DNA of 64,000 nucleotides from an uncultured Pseudomonadales bacterium (GTDB lineage Bacteria > Patescibacteriota > Microgenomatia > UBA1400 > UBA1396): contig CAYUUK010000005.1 of assembly GCA_964447905.1 (NCBI GenBank), positions 279-64,278 on the forward strand, given 5' to 3'. The position numbers were made by a program, and so were the translations under genes. Each line of letters opens with the position of its first letter. The first letter of the stretch is position 1. A model generated the notes under the pieces. That model ran no database searches. It had not been told where the DNA came from and saw only the letters and a program-made list of their open reading frames with translations. Positions 29,686 to 39,486 of the stretch are shown in pieces.

Positions 29686-29754
29686 TCAGAGGCATATTGT
29701 AGCATTGTTTTTTTTCCTTGCATATTTGCAAGCAACCTGCTAATATATTGAGAG

Positions 29755-30099
29755 ATGTCACGAACGCGGCGTCATGAACAACGCACTCATTCTCCAAAAA
29801 ATCGGCCGGAAAACCCGGAGTACTCTTTATTTCAGGTAGGCCACGTCTTTCGAGTCCGAGCTCCATTGCAGATACAGTTAGAAAAAGGCTATATTTTGGG
29901 ACTCGCACGAGGGGATAGGCTTATTTGTGAAGGGAGAAATGAATTTACGCTTCAGGATGTTCCGTTTGAACTCACTCACAAGCAAATCGCACATTTGCAG
30001 TTGGAATCGCTTGGTTCGCTCGAGCGGCTGCGAATGCTAGAGGCGGACGGTCAGCCTTTTTTTGAAGATGAGGATGATTTTTCAGAAGAGTATCGATAA
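29755..30099 (+). CDS. Hypothetical 114-aa protein
   Basis: TTGCAT-17 nt-TAATAT promoter 8 nt before ATG; basic N-terminus, acidic tail. Confidence 0.6.
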   Translation: MSRTRRHEQRTHSPKNRPENPEYSLFQVGHVFRVRAPLQIQLEKGYILGLARGDRLICEGRNEFTLQDVPFELTHKQIAHLQLESLGSLERLRMLEADGQPFFEDEDDFSEEYR

Positions 30100-30106
30100 A
30101 GCGTGT

Positions 30107-31210
30107 TTACTCGCTCTGCTTCGCTAAAAATTCTTCCAGTACTTGTTGTACTTCTTGTGCGGAGTTTGCCAGCATAAGGCGAGTGCGGTACTCACTAGCA
30201 AAGGGGAATCCCTTGATGTACCAAGCTAAATGCTTTCGCATAGGCAGGAAGTGTTCATCAGGATAGGTCTCTTGGTACAGCTGTGAGTGCTCGATAGCAA
30301 TGTGAACGCGTTCTTCAACTGTTGGTGTTTGGGAAGCGTACTCGCTACTCCAGCCAGAGTCTCGATACCGCTTCATCTCGCCGATAAGCCAAGGATCACC
30401 GAACGTGGCTCTGCCGATAAGGACACCATCGATTGGATACTGGGCAAATTTTTCCTTAACCTGCTCTGGCGTACGAAGGTCACCATTTCCAAGAATTTTG
30501 GTTGGGGAACCTTGTGCCACTTCAGCAGCTTTGCCAATGAGGTCCCAGTTGGCAGCACCACTATAGAGTTGTTTGAGTGTACGGCCGTGTACAGATATCG
30601 CTGCTGGTTCGAGCTCCAGGAGTGTTTCTATCCAGTCGCCAATGACCGGAGTATCAAAACCAACACGCGTCTTCACGGACACAGGCAGAATGCGCCTCTC
30701 TTGATACTTTTCTGGGAGCTGGGCGTGGAGAGAAAGGATCATTTTTTTTGTTTTTTGCTTGAGTTCAGGTAAGTCATCGAGAGACAGGCCGTTCGCCCAG
30801 TCGGCAATACCGCGCTGTGTTTGGCGGATAAGTTCTTGTGCTAGATCCGGAGTGAGGATGAGTGCGGCACCTGATCCATGTTGGCGAACACTTTTGGCTG
30901 GGCAACCCATGTTGATATCAATCCCGTCAAATCCCAGGTAGCCTAAGATGACCGCGGTAACGTAAAACGCTCGTGGTTCGTTTCCAAATATTTGAGCGAT
31001 CACCGGTCGCTGGGTTTCGTCAAACTGAAAATCTCTGAAGAGGCGAAGTGCATTTCTGCTCACTCCCTCAGCGGAGGTGAACTTGGTCATGACGATATCT
31101 GGATTGGAGTATTTCTTTTGTAAATGGCGATACGGTTGATCTGTCACCCCGTCCATCGGGCTGAGTCCAATAATTTGGTCTGGTAGTGTGCTCCAAAATC
31201 CACTTGTCAT
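30107..31210 (-). CDS. tRNA-dihydrouridine synthase (Dus family)
   Basis: SPMDGVTD, IDINMGCPA, VSVKTRVG, VHGRT, GNGD, IGRA, MRKH. Confidence 0.92.
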   Translation of the reverse strand: MTSGFWSTLPDQIIGLSPMDGVTDQPYRHLQKKYSNPDIVMTKFTSAEGVSRNALRLFRDFQFDETQRPVIAQIFGNEPRAFYVTAVILGYLGFDGIDINMGCPAKSVRQHGSGAALILTPDLAQELIRQTQRGIADWANGLSLDDLPELKQKTKKMILSLHAQLPEKYQERRILPVSVKTRVGFDTPVIGDWIETLLELEPAAISVHGRTLKQLYSGAANWDLIGKAAEVAQGSPTKILGNGDLRTPEQVKEKFAQYPIDGVLIGRATFGDPWLIGEMKRYRDSGWSSEYASQTPTVEERVHIAIEHSQLYQETYPDEHFLPMRKHLAWYIKGFPFASEYRTRLMLANSAQEVQQVLEEFLAKQSE

Positions 31211-31234
31211 GAGTGCGTATTGTATCATTGAGTA

Positions 31235-33064
31235 CTATGGAAATGTAGCTAATAGGTGCTGATTCCACGCATCTTTTATTACTCGATAGGTATTGTGTGT
31301 GATCCATCCATTCTGATGCCAGACTGAGAGTGTATCGAGAGTCTGTTGGGAGAGGTTTTGAGCGGCTGAGAGTTCGCCGAGTTCTGAGAGAGATTGTTTT
31401 GCATCTAAAAGCCGCTCGACAATGAGCGGAGAGCGAATGTGCTGCCAGGAGAGGAGTTGAGCCAAGTACTGTGGCGAAAAGATGTGAGCGCTGGCCGCAA
31501 TCGCGGACTCGTTTTGTTCAGTTGTGGTGTGCAGTGATGAATCAATATGTATGCGTGTTTGCATCGACGGATACTCAATCCATGCAGCATTTGTCAGTAT
31601 TTCACCAGACTGTGAATAGGTGTGAATGTGAATTGGAAAACTGAACGGTGACGTGGTTTTAAGAGAAATCTGCCATTCACCTTGTGGTTTGGCGATGTCG
31701 TACAGCCAGGCGTAGAGATCTCCGTCAAGTGTGTAGAGTTCGATGGGTTCAGGAAATACCGCTTCGCCATCTTGCCAGAAAAGGAGCTGTGTTCCGACTG
31801 GTACAAAAATACTGATAGCGCTCAAATCCGTATGACTCGGCGTAAATACTCGAGCGGAGGCGAAGGTGTTGTCATAAGCTTCAAGTGTTGTGTGCGCATA
31901 TAATGGGTCATGTATCTGAATCGTCTCATCACCTGGGCCGTAACCAGTAGAGACAACAAAGTGGCCCCGCTCATCAAGAATGGGGGTGATTCCAGTTTGG
32001 AGTGTTTCTCTGAGCCAGGAAAGGTGGTTTGTTGGCTTGGCAATGTATTTCATTTCAAGAGCGGGAGTGTGATATCTCCCAGCGTGCCAGGCACTCAAGC
32101 GAGTGAGCGCCCTCCAGTTGACTAAACCGGGGAAAACGAACCCATCTGGCTCTGATTGTAACCATTCATTCAGCGAGTCTGGAGTGATTTCTTGTCCAGA
32201 TGGAAGTAATTCTATGCCGTGGTATCTGAGCACCATGACGGCACTCGTAAGCGCACATCCCCACCGTTGTAGGGTGTGAGGTGTTTGTGAAGTGGTCCAC
32301 GTTTCTGCAGAATCGTACTTGGTCTGGGCCCAACGGGGATCATCTTGTTTGAAGCGCGGCACTGGCAAAGTGAGTGTTTCGCTGACGTCCCACCAACTGA
32401 AGTCAGCGAAGGATACAAAAGATGTGCTCGTATGGCCAACACTGCCCGCCACACCAATGGAACCAACAGTGAGGCGGGGATCGGACTCCTGCTCTCGTCC
32501 CTTATAGGCTAAAACGCCATCGAACCACAACATGATCTCTCCCGTGCTCTGATCGTACCGCAGCCGAACGGCGTAAGTGTGTCCTTTTTGAAAAGGAAAA
32601 TGCACTACAGAAGGGAGCACTCCATATGAATTTCCGGCGACAAATTTTTCTGGATGGATCGTATTTCCATAGAGATGAAACCCGAGATAGTTATCACTAT
32701 CGCTCCAGCGTACGAGTATATTTCGGTCCATGTCTTGATGGGCAAAGCGCATTGAAAAGCGTTGTTCAGTGACAGTGGGCCAGGTAGTATCGAGAAGCGG
32801 TGAGAGAACGGTCTTGCACGGTACGCTGAGAAAAATAGTCAACTCCGTGTTGTCTGGTGATGATATCCATTGAGCATCTCCATTGGGCCCGCGGCATGGG
32901 GCCGTTGGTTGATCAAACTGTTGATTGAGCACTGTTTGCCAAGAAGTAAATCCCTCGCTGGTACCATTTGTCGAGTAGAGCAGTTCTGCCGCCTGCGCTT
33001 TGGTAACAACTAAACCAAAGAGCATATACCAGCTCAGGCACAGTACACCAATTCGTATCCACAT
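31235..33064 (-). CDS. Secreted protein with C39-like cysteine peptidase domain
   Basis: Signal peptide (AQA/AE); FKQDDPRW, GCALTSAVM, HFVVSTG, IHDP. Confidence 0.75.
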   Translation of the reverse strand: MWIRIGVLCLSWYMLFGLVVTKAQAAELLYSTNGTSEGFTSWQTVLNQQFDQPTAPCRGPNGDAQWISSPDNTELTIFLSVPCKTVLSPLLDTTWPTVTEQRFSMRFAHQDMDRNILVRWSDSDNYLGFHLYGNTIHPEKFVAGNSYGVLPSVVHFPFQKGHTYAVRLRYDQSTGEIMLWFDGVLAYKGREQESDPRLTVGSIGVAGSVGHTSTSFVSFADFSWWDVSETLTLPVPRFKQDDPRWAQTKYDSAETWTTSQTPHTLQRWGCALTSAVMVLRYHGIELLPSGQEITPDSLNEWLQSEPDGFVFPGLVNWRALTRLSAWHAGRYHTPALEMKYIAKPTNHLSWLRETLQTGITPILDERGHFVVSTGYGPGDETIQIHDPLYAHTTLEAYDNTFASARVFTPSHTDLSAISIFVPVGTQLLFWQDGEAVFPEPIELYTLDGDLYAWLYDIAKPQGEWQISLKTTSPFSFPIHIHTYSQSGEILTNAAWIEYPSMQTRIHIDSSLHTTTEQNESAIAASAHIFSPQYLAQLLSWQHIRSPLIVERLLDAKQSLSELGELSAAQNLSQQTLDTLSVWHQNGWITHNTYRVIKDAWNQHLLATFP

Positions 33065-33121
33065 ACGGCTACAGTAGCGAGCGATACTGACAAAAAACAA
33101 ACACTTTGCGATACTACAGGT

Positions 33122-34093
33122 ATGAAAACCGTGACTTCATCGGTGATTGTTACCGTAAAAAATGATGCCCAAGCCCTGCAGCAACTGTGTACTGATCTTG
33201 AGGCGCAGTCAAGTTTGCCTACTGAAGTTATCATTGCCGTTGCTGCCTCAGAAGATGCTTCTCTCCAAGTGGCTGAAGCGTGGAAACCAGGACAGGTGGC
33301 GGTGACCGTTTTGCCATTAGCTGCAGAGGCTACCCGCTCAGTGGGTCGAAATGCTGCGGTTGATGCGAGCACTGGAGAGTTGTTAGTGTTTACTGATGCC
33401 GGCTGTCGACTGAGCGCGGAATGGCTGAAAGATATTCTTCACGCCCATTCACAGTCTGGAGCAGATCTCATTTCTGGCTTTACTCGTGGGCGAGTGGACA
33501 CGCCTCAGTTTGAGCTACAAACAGCATTTACACTGGTTCCTCGGTCAAGAATTGAACACCATCCGCTTCCGGCAACTCGAAATATGGCGGTGACACGAAA
33601 AGCGTGGGACGAAATTGGGCCCTTTCGAGCGGATCTCAACTTTGCAGAAGACTATGAGTGGTCGAGGCGAGCTCGACAGCTCGGGTATGACGCCCTGTTT
33701 GTGCCGGAAGCAGTGGTTACTTGGCAGCCACGAGAAAACATTTGGGAATTTTGCCGCATGGTTTATTTGCTTACCAAAGGAGATCTCCAGGCAAACACCA
33801 TCCGTTGGGGTCACGCTACACTGTTGGCTCGATACCTGGTATTCATAGGCCTGGCTGCACTTGCTTCCGGATGGCAGAATTCTTGGGTCTTTGGAGTTTT
33901 CACACTATTCACTGTCTGGTTTTTGTATATCCTGGTTAAGGCGACACGATTTCGTTTACATTTTGTGGCTTCTTGGTTCTTCTACCCCTGGTACCAACTC
34001 CTGTCTGACATGGCAGTTCTCTTCGGGACGCTATCTGGAGCGGTCGATTCGATGTATACTCGTACTATGAGCGTCCAAAGAGAGAACACATGA
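33122..34093 (+). CDS. Glycosyltransferase family 2 with C-terminal TMs
   Basis: GRNAA, FTDAGC, AEDYE. Confidence 0.85.
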   Translation: MKTVTSSVIVTVKNDAQALQQLCTDLEAQSSLPTEVIIAVAASEDASLQVAEAWKPGQVAVTVLPLAAEATRSVGRNAAVDASTGELLVFTDAGCRLSAEWLKDILHAHSQSGADLISGFTRGRVDTPQFELQTAFTLVPRSRIEHHPLPATRNMAVTRKAWDEIGPFRADLNFAEDYEWSRRARQLGYDALFVPEAVVTWQPRENIWEFCRMVYLLTKGDLQANTIRWGHATLLARYLVFIGLAALASGWQNSWVFGVFTLFTVWFLYILVKATRFRLHFVASWFFYPWYQLLSDMAVLFGTLSGAVDSMYTRTMSVQRENT

Positions 34094-35346
34094 CCACTCT
34101 ATGGCAGCAGCTGGTGAGTTCGCGTGCTTTGCGGGGGATTTGGGCCCTTTCTTTTATGAAGTACTTTACGAAGTTCCTCACACTCGCTCGTCTAGCCGTG
34201 ATTGCTCGGCTTCTCGGTCCTGAGCAGTTGGGATTGTTTGGACTATCGGTTTTAGTTATCTCGATTACCGAAGTGTTTACCGAAACAGGTATCAACGCTA
34301 TCCTTTTGAAGGACCCCAAAAAGTTTCGCCAGTACTACGACACGGCTTGGGTTATCTCTTTGATTCGCGGGGTAAGTATTGCTGTACTTATCTTCTTCGG
34401 TTCAGGTTTCATTGCCAACATATATAATCAGCCGAGCTTACAGTATTTTTTGGCAATAGCCGCGAGTATTCCGTTTTTACGTGGTTTCATTAATCCGGCT
34501 ATTATTCGATTTCAGCAGGAACTACAGTTTGAGCGCGAGTCAGTGATGCGTATTGGGTTGCAGAGTCTGGACCTTTTCTCTGGCTTAGTGTTGGCCTTTT
34601 GGCTGGAGAGTGCGATCGGTTTGCTTTTGGGCATAGCCATCGCGGTAGTGGCGGAAGTGGTGTTGTCGTTTACGCTCTTTCCCGAACGACCAAACTGGGC
34701 GAAAGCCCGTTGGCAACAAGCTCGTCTTCTTTTCCAAGAATCAAAATATATTATTGGTAATGGCATGATCCACTACCTGACAGAGAATATTGATGACTTT
34801 CTCATTGGAAAGTACCTTGGTATATCAGCGCTGGGGTTCTATCAGACCGCCTATAAGTTAGCGAGCGCAGCTACCATGGACTTTGCCGCTACCGTAGGGC
34901 AGACGTTGTACCCGATATACGCTCGACATGCGAGTGCACAAAGAGCGGTGACGCGCACCTGGCTCAAAACGAATGTTTTATTATTGGGTGTGTTTTTGTG
35001 TGCAGCAGTTCCGTTTTTGTTGTTCACTCAACCACTCGTCCGGTTGGCTCTCGGAGTTGAGTGGTTATCAATTGTACCGGTAGTACGCATTCTTTTTGTG
35101 GCAGGGATAGCGAAAGCATTTATTACTACTTGGAATCCCTTGTCTATTTTGGCAAATAACTTACATCACCATGTCGTGATGAATATTGGCATGCTGCTCA
35201 TACTGGTACTCGGTATAACACTCGTAGCTGAGCAATGGGGATTGGTGGGAGCGAGCGCTGCAGTTTTACTTGCTTTTTTGTCAGTTCATCCGTATGAGTG
35301 GTTTGCAGTAGGGCAAGCGTTGCGGAGGTTAGACCATGCCAAGTAA
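34090..35346 (+). CDS. Wzx-type (WzxC-like) flippase
   Basis: IARLLGPEQLG, ENIDDFLIGKYLG, LGFYQTAY. Confidence 0.88.
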   Translation: MTTLWQQLVSSRALRGIWALSFMKYFTKFLTLARLAVIARLLGPEQLGLFGLSVLVISITEVFTETGINAILLKDPKKFRQYYDTAWVISLIRGVSIAVLIFFGSGFIANIYNQPSLQYFLAIAASIPFLRGFINPAIIRFQQELQFERESVMRIGLQSLDLFSGLVLAFWLESAIGLLLGIAIAVVAEVVLSFTLFPERPNWAKARWQQARLLFQESKYIIGNGMIHYLTENIDDFLIGKYLGISALGFYQTAYKLASAATMDFAATVGQTLYPIYARHASAQRAVTRTWLKTNVLLLGVFLCAAVPFLLFTQPLVRLALGVEWLSIVPVVRILFVAGIAKAFITTWNPLSILANNLHHHVVMNIGMLLILVLGITLVAEQWGLVGASAAVLLAFLSVHPYEWFAVGQALRRLDHAK

Positions 35347-36103
35347 GCCGCGAAAGCCGAGTATTCGTATATCCGTAATTATTGTGAATTACCAAGCGGA
35401 TGAGTACGTTCGGAAACTACAAAAATCATTTCTTCAACGGGATGATATTGAGTGTATTGTTATTGATAACTCGAGTGGAGAGCGTGGCTACGGAGCCGGC
35501 TGCAATCTCGGTGCAGAGCAGGCGAAAGGTGAGTATCTCTTTTTTACGAACCCCGATGTGTACTGCACGGCGAGTGTTGTCGACTCACTGGCTGACTTCT
35601 TGCTTACCCACCCGCAAGTCGGGTTAGTTGGACCTCAGATTCGTAATGAGCACGGTGCTATAGATACTACGTGTAGTACGGTTCCAACGGCTTGGCAGGC
35701 GGCTGTAGTGTATTCTTGGCTCGGAACGCTTCCGCTCTTTGCGGATCAAGTGAAACAGTATCGCTTATGGGGTTTTAATCACCAGAGTTCTCGGCCGGTA
35801 CCCTCGGTGAGTGGCGCCTGTTTTATGATGCGAGCCGATGAGTTTCGTGCTCTTGGTGGCTTTGACGAACAGTTTTTCTTATACTTTGAGGAGTTTGATT
35901 TGGCGAAACGCATAAAAGAGATACTTGAAATGGAAGTGTACTATTTAGCAACGATTTCGGTTATTCATTATGGGCAACACTCTACGAATCAGACCTCTAC
36001 CGCACCGATTATCTTTCGCCAATCGCGGCGGCGTTGGCTGGAAAAATATTACGGCTGGAAGGGAATTCTGGCGAACACATGGATACGAATATGGGAAAAA
36101 TAA
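35336..36103 (+). CDS. Glycosyltransferase family 2 (WbbL-like)
   Basis: GYGAGCNLG, NPD, SGACFM, FFLYFEEFD. Confidence 0.9.
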   Translation: MPSKPRKPSIRISVIIVNYQADEYVRKLQKSFLQRDDIECIVIDNSSGERGYGAGCNLGAEQAKGEYLFFTNPDVYCTASVVDSLADFLLTHPQVGLVGPQIRNEHGAIDTTCSTVPTAWQAAVVYSWLGTLPLFADQVKQYRLWGFNHQSSRPVPSVSGACFMMRADEFRALGGFDEQFFLYFEEFDLAKRIKEILEMEVYYLATISVIHYGQHSTNQTSTAPIIFRQSRRRWLEKYYGWKGILANTWIRIWEK

Positions 36104-36873
36104 AATCACTCCCCCTTACACTTATTATTTTGAGTAAGCATGAAGAGGAGCCAACGAAAGAGCGTCTCGAGAAATACTTACCGCAGGTTGAAGAAATAGT
36201 GGTTTGGGATGATGGCACTGGATCCAAAGAGAAATTAGCAGCGCTTGAGTCCCGATCGAGCAAAAAAATCAAAGTATTTTCAAATGAACTAGCGGGTGAC
36301 TTTGCGGCTCACCGCAACGAAGCTCTCGAGCAAGTTACCACCGAGTGGACCTTGTTTCTCGATGCCGATGAGGATCTGAACACTGAAGCCTGGCAAGAGA
36401 TTCAAATCATTCTCGAAAATGATCAGCATGACGCCGTCATTTTTCCTCGTCGAGATATTTTTCTCGGTCGCCAGCTCCGTTTTGGGGAGACTGGGAATAC
36501 CGCAGTCCTACGTATGGCAAAAACGTATTTAGCAAAAGGAAAATGGCAGCGTGCGGTACACGAAGTGTGGAATATTCCTTCTGAACGTGTGGCCACAGCA
36601 AACTCGAACATTCTGCATACGCCGCATCCCACTATTCGCCAATTTCTAGCTAAGCTGCACTGGTATGCGTCGTTGGAGCCCAGCGCCCGCCACCGCTTGC
36701 CGTTTTACACAATTCTCTGGCAACTCCTTTTCTTTCCGACCGCGAAGTTTTTACAAAACTATGTCTGGCGCCATGGCTGGCGTGATGGCTTTCCTGGATT
36801 AGTGCACGCCCTGTGCATGTCATACTACTCCCTGATTACTCGCGTGTACATGTTTGAGGTCTGGCATGCCTAG
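36091..36873 (+). CDS. Glycosyltransferase family 2 (WaaE-like beta-glucosyltransferase type)
   Basis: DFAAHRN, FLDADE, VHE, GWRDGFPG; start 36079 or 36091. Confidence 0.85.
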   Translation: MGKIKSLPLTLIILSKHEEEPTKERLEKYLPQVEEIVVWDDGTGSKEKLAALESRSSKKIKVFSNELAGDFAAHRNEALEQVTTEWTLFLDADEDLNTEAWQEIQIILENDQHDAVIFPRRDIFLGRQLRFGETGNTAVLRMAKTYLAKGKWQRAVHEVWNIPSERVATANSNILHTPHPTIRQFLAKLHWYASLEPSARHRLPFYTILWQLLFFPTAKFLQNYVWRHGWRDGFPGLVHALCMSYYSLITRVYMFEVWHA

Positions 36874-38068
36874 CAAGCGAAAAATGTGGAGCTTCTCAGC
36901 ACCGTGGTTTTTATTGGGAGGAATTGGCGTTGTAAGCTTGCTCGGTCAATTTGCGCGAGCTGCTACACCTCTTGGGCTTGTGAGCTATTATGAGTTTGGG
37001 ATTATTCTTTTCACGCTTTTCATAGCCAGAAGGATTCGGTTTTGGCAGTGGTTTCTGCAGCAAAGATTCATATGGTGGGCTACTGCGTTCTTGGGTTGGT
37101 CATTGAGCATTACTCTACTGCAAAACTTTTTTGCCGGCACGTTGTGGACTGATATGAGCGGATATGCGTATCTAGCTAAAATGGTGCTTTATTTGCTTTT
37201 TGGGGCAACTTTCTGGTTTTGGCAGAGAGAAACTGTGGTGTCTAAAAAAGAGAAGAGGATGATTTTCAGAGGTACTGTCAGTTGGTTTGTGATCTGGGCG
37301 GTGCTTGGTTTGAGCCAGTATATCTTGCTTCCAGACACACGCATTTTGTCTGAGCTGGGTTGGGATGATCACCTGAGTCGAGCATTCGCTACGCTCTTTG
37401 ATCCTACTTTTTACGGTGTGCTCATGGCTCTTGCTGCTATCTGGGTTCTGTCCTGGAAGCACAAGGCTACGGTCTTTACTTCGTTTTTGACCGCGCTTTT
37501 TTTATTAGCCTTAGCGGTGAGTTACTCCAGATTGGCGTACCTTGTCTACATTTTGGGTGTTTTGAGCATTTGGGCTACGAGCCGAAGTCGGCGGGTGTTG
37601 CTTGCTGTTCCACTACTGCTCATGGCCTTGGTTTTACTGCCCAAGGATGGTGGTGGGGCAGGGCAAAATCTTTTACGGACTCAGAGCATTACACAGCGTG
37701 TGGAACACGCTACTTTTCAAACAAGTGAGTGGTCTTGGAGTGAGCAGCTTCTTGGTCGTGGCTGGAGTGAAAAACGATTTGTAGCGGTACGTTCACAAGG
37801 AATTGCTGCGCAATACGGAGACAATGAATCAAGTGGTGGCACCCATGCTTCTGTGGCAGATAGTGCTTATTTACATATACTTTTAACAAGTGGTGTAGTA
37901 GGCCTTGTCTTTATGAGTGGAACGATGTTTACACTTTGGCAAAAAGTTCCCGCTACAGCCAAGCCAGTATTGCTCGCTTTTTTCTTCTCTGGTTTTGGCG
38001 CTCCCACTCTTTTCTATGGATGGATTTTGCTAGGAGTAATTTTCGTAATTGGGGTGTCGGCCGAGTAA
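36866..38068 (+). CDS. O-antigen ligase/polymerase-like membrane protein
   Basis: RAFATLFDP, SYSR, LLGRG, DSAYLHILLTSGVVG. Confidence 0.75.
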   Translation: MPSKRKMWSFSAPWFLLGGIGVVSLLGQFARAATPLGLVSYYEFGIILFTLFIARRIRFWQWFLQQRFIWWATAFLGWSLSITLLQNFFAGTLWTDMSGYAYLAKMVLYLLFGATFWFWQRETVVSKKEKRMIFRGTVSWFVIWAVLGLSQYILLPDTRILSELGWDDHLSRAFATLFDPTFYGVLMALAAIWVLSWKHKATVFTSFLTALFLLALAVSYSRLAYLVYILGVLSIWATSRSRRVLLAVPLLLMALVLLPKDGGGAGQNLLRTQSITQRVEHATFQTSEWSWSEQLLGRGWSEKRFVAVRSQGIAAQYGDNESSGGTHASVADSAYLHILLTSGVVGLVFMSGTMFTLWQKVPATAKPVLLAFFFSGFGAPTLFYGWILLGVIFVIGVSAE

Positions 38069-38115
38069 GCCGAGTTGGAAGTCAGCAGCAAACTTCGTGT
38101 TATGCGTATATGCTC

Positions 38116-39480
38116 TTATCGAAAAGCAACGGTGTCAGGTTTTCCAAATGCTTGGTTGAAACTACGCGCAAACTCGGCTGCATTAGCAAACCCAGAATCA
38201 GAACCTTTTGGCAGTGCCATTTCAAAAAAGATAAGTACCGATTCAAAGTCTAGTCCATATTTTTTACAGTAGGACTGTATTTTGTCCTCATGTAGGTTCC
38301 CAACACTGCCCAGCATAATATGTTGAATAGCAATACCAACTGGTGATACATTCTGCATCGTTGGCGGTGGGTCTATAGAAAGCCAATAGTTTTGGCCTGT
38401 AATGAGTTCGTGCAGTATGATGGCCACAGCAGAGCAATCGTAAGCCGCACCAGTATTCAGAGAACTGTATCCCATGCTTCCTCGTACATCACCTTCTTCA
38501 ACCGGATGGGCTAAACTGGCCAATCCAAAATCAAGAAGAACGGTTTTGTGGTTATTTGGATCATTTATCAACTTCTCATTTTTTAGCAGTGGAAGTATAT
38601 GCACCAGGATATTCTCAGGTTTGATATCACAGTGAATGAGTTCCATATATTGTCCGCGTTGGAGAGTATTAGCTACATTTCCACCACCGATAACTCGACG
38701 CACTTTTGGTGTGTGAAGCTCTTTTAATGTTTGCAGAATAGAGGAGACATATGCGTGTAGGTTCTCGGGATGAAGTATTCGCTCAATTACTTGAAGAGGA
38801 ATAGACGGATCTCGATCAATAATTTGGCGCAGGGTAGGATATTCATGAGTATCAAAGTACTCCATGATCAGAACTTTTTCTTCTGTGCTCGTCTTTCCAA
38901 AGTAGTAATATCTAGAGATTCCAGGTGTGCCGAGATGGGTTTCTCCTGCCAAAGTGTAGGCCTCGTGCATAATTTCTGGCACTTCCTCTTCTTTCCGATC
39001 AGGTCTGGTAATTTTTAGACCAACTCTTTTTTTTAGATTAAGACAAAACGCTGGGAGAAACTGTGCTGCCCCACCTTGGCTCATCATGTTCTTATCGTAA
39101 ATTACGATTGGGTTAGGAATTTTACGATCTGTATAAGCACTGGCAGATGAAAGTTCAGAGTTCAGAATCCAAGATCGGTCTTTATCGACGATTGAAAGGA
39201 CCAAAGAGCTTCTTCTTTCTCTATGAAAAAGAGTTATGAGCTCCTGCTTTTGCGATTGCTCTAAACGAGCAGCTTCGATTGCTCTTTTCAATTCAGGACT
39301 AACTTCCTGTAAGAACCGATTAAATTCTCGTTCCACACGAAATACCCCCTCAGGTGGTTTGGGAGGTTTGGTAGTGTCGAGAGGCTCGCCAACTTCTGGA
39401 CGAAGTTGAGATGTTCGCAGAGGAGTGTTTCTATCTCCTGGCCTTAGCCTCTCTATAATTTCACCGATTCGTAAAGCCAT
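38116..39480 (-). CDS. Hanks-type Ser/Thr protein kinase-like protein
   Basis: VGLK, LIMEYF, IHCDIKPENIL, LLDFGLA, ILHELITG. Confidence 0.85.
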   Translation of the reverse strand: MALRIGEIIERLRPGDRNTPLRTSQLRPEVGEPLDTTKPPKPPEGVFRVEREFNRFLQEVSPELKRAIEAARLEQSQKQELITLFHRERRSSLVLSIVDKDRSWILNSELSSASAYTDRKIPNPIVIYDKNMMSQGGAAQFLPAFCLNLKKRVGLKITRPDRKEEEVPEIMHEAYTLAGETHLGTPGISRYYYFGKTSTEEKVLIMEYFDTHEYPTLRQIIDRDPSIPLQVIERILHPENLHAYVSSILQTLKELHTPKVRRVIGGGNVANTLQRGQYMELIHCDIKPENILVHILPLLKNEKLINDPNNHKTVLLDFGLASLAHPVEEGDVRGSMGYSSLNTGAAYDCSAVAIILHELITGQNYWLSIDPPPTMQNVSPVGIAIQHIMLGSVGNLHEDKIQSYCKKYGLDFESVLIFFEMALPKGSDSGFANAAEFARSFNQAFGKPDTVAFR

Positions 39481-39486
39481 AATCGG

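Noticed and set aside
35336-36883. Similar N-termini MPSKPRK (35336) and MPSKRK (36866)
   Set aside because: Both arise from start/stop overlaps with the upstream gene; the proteins are unrelated.
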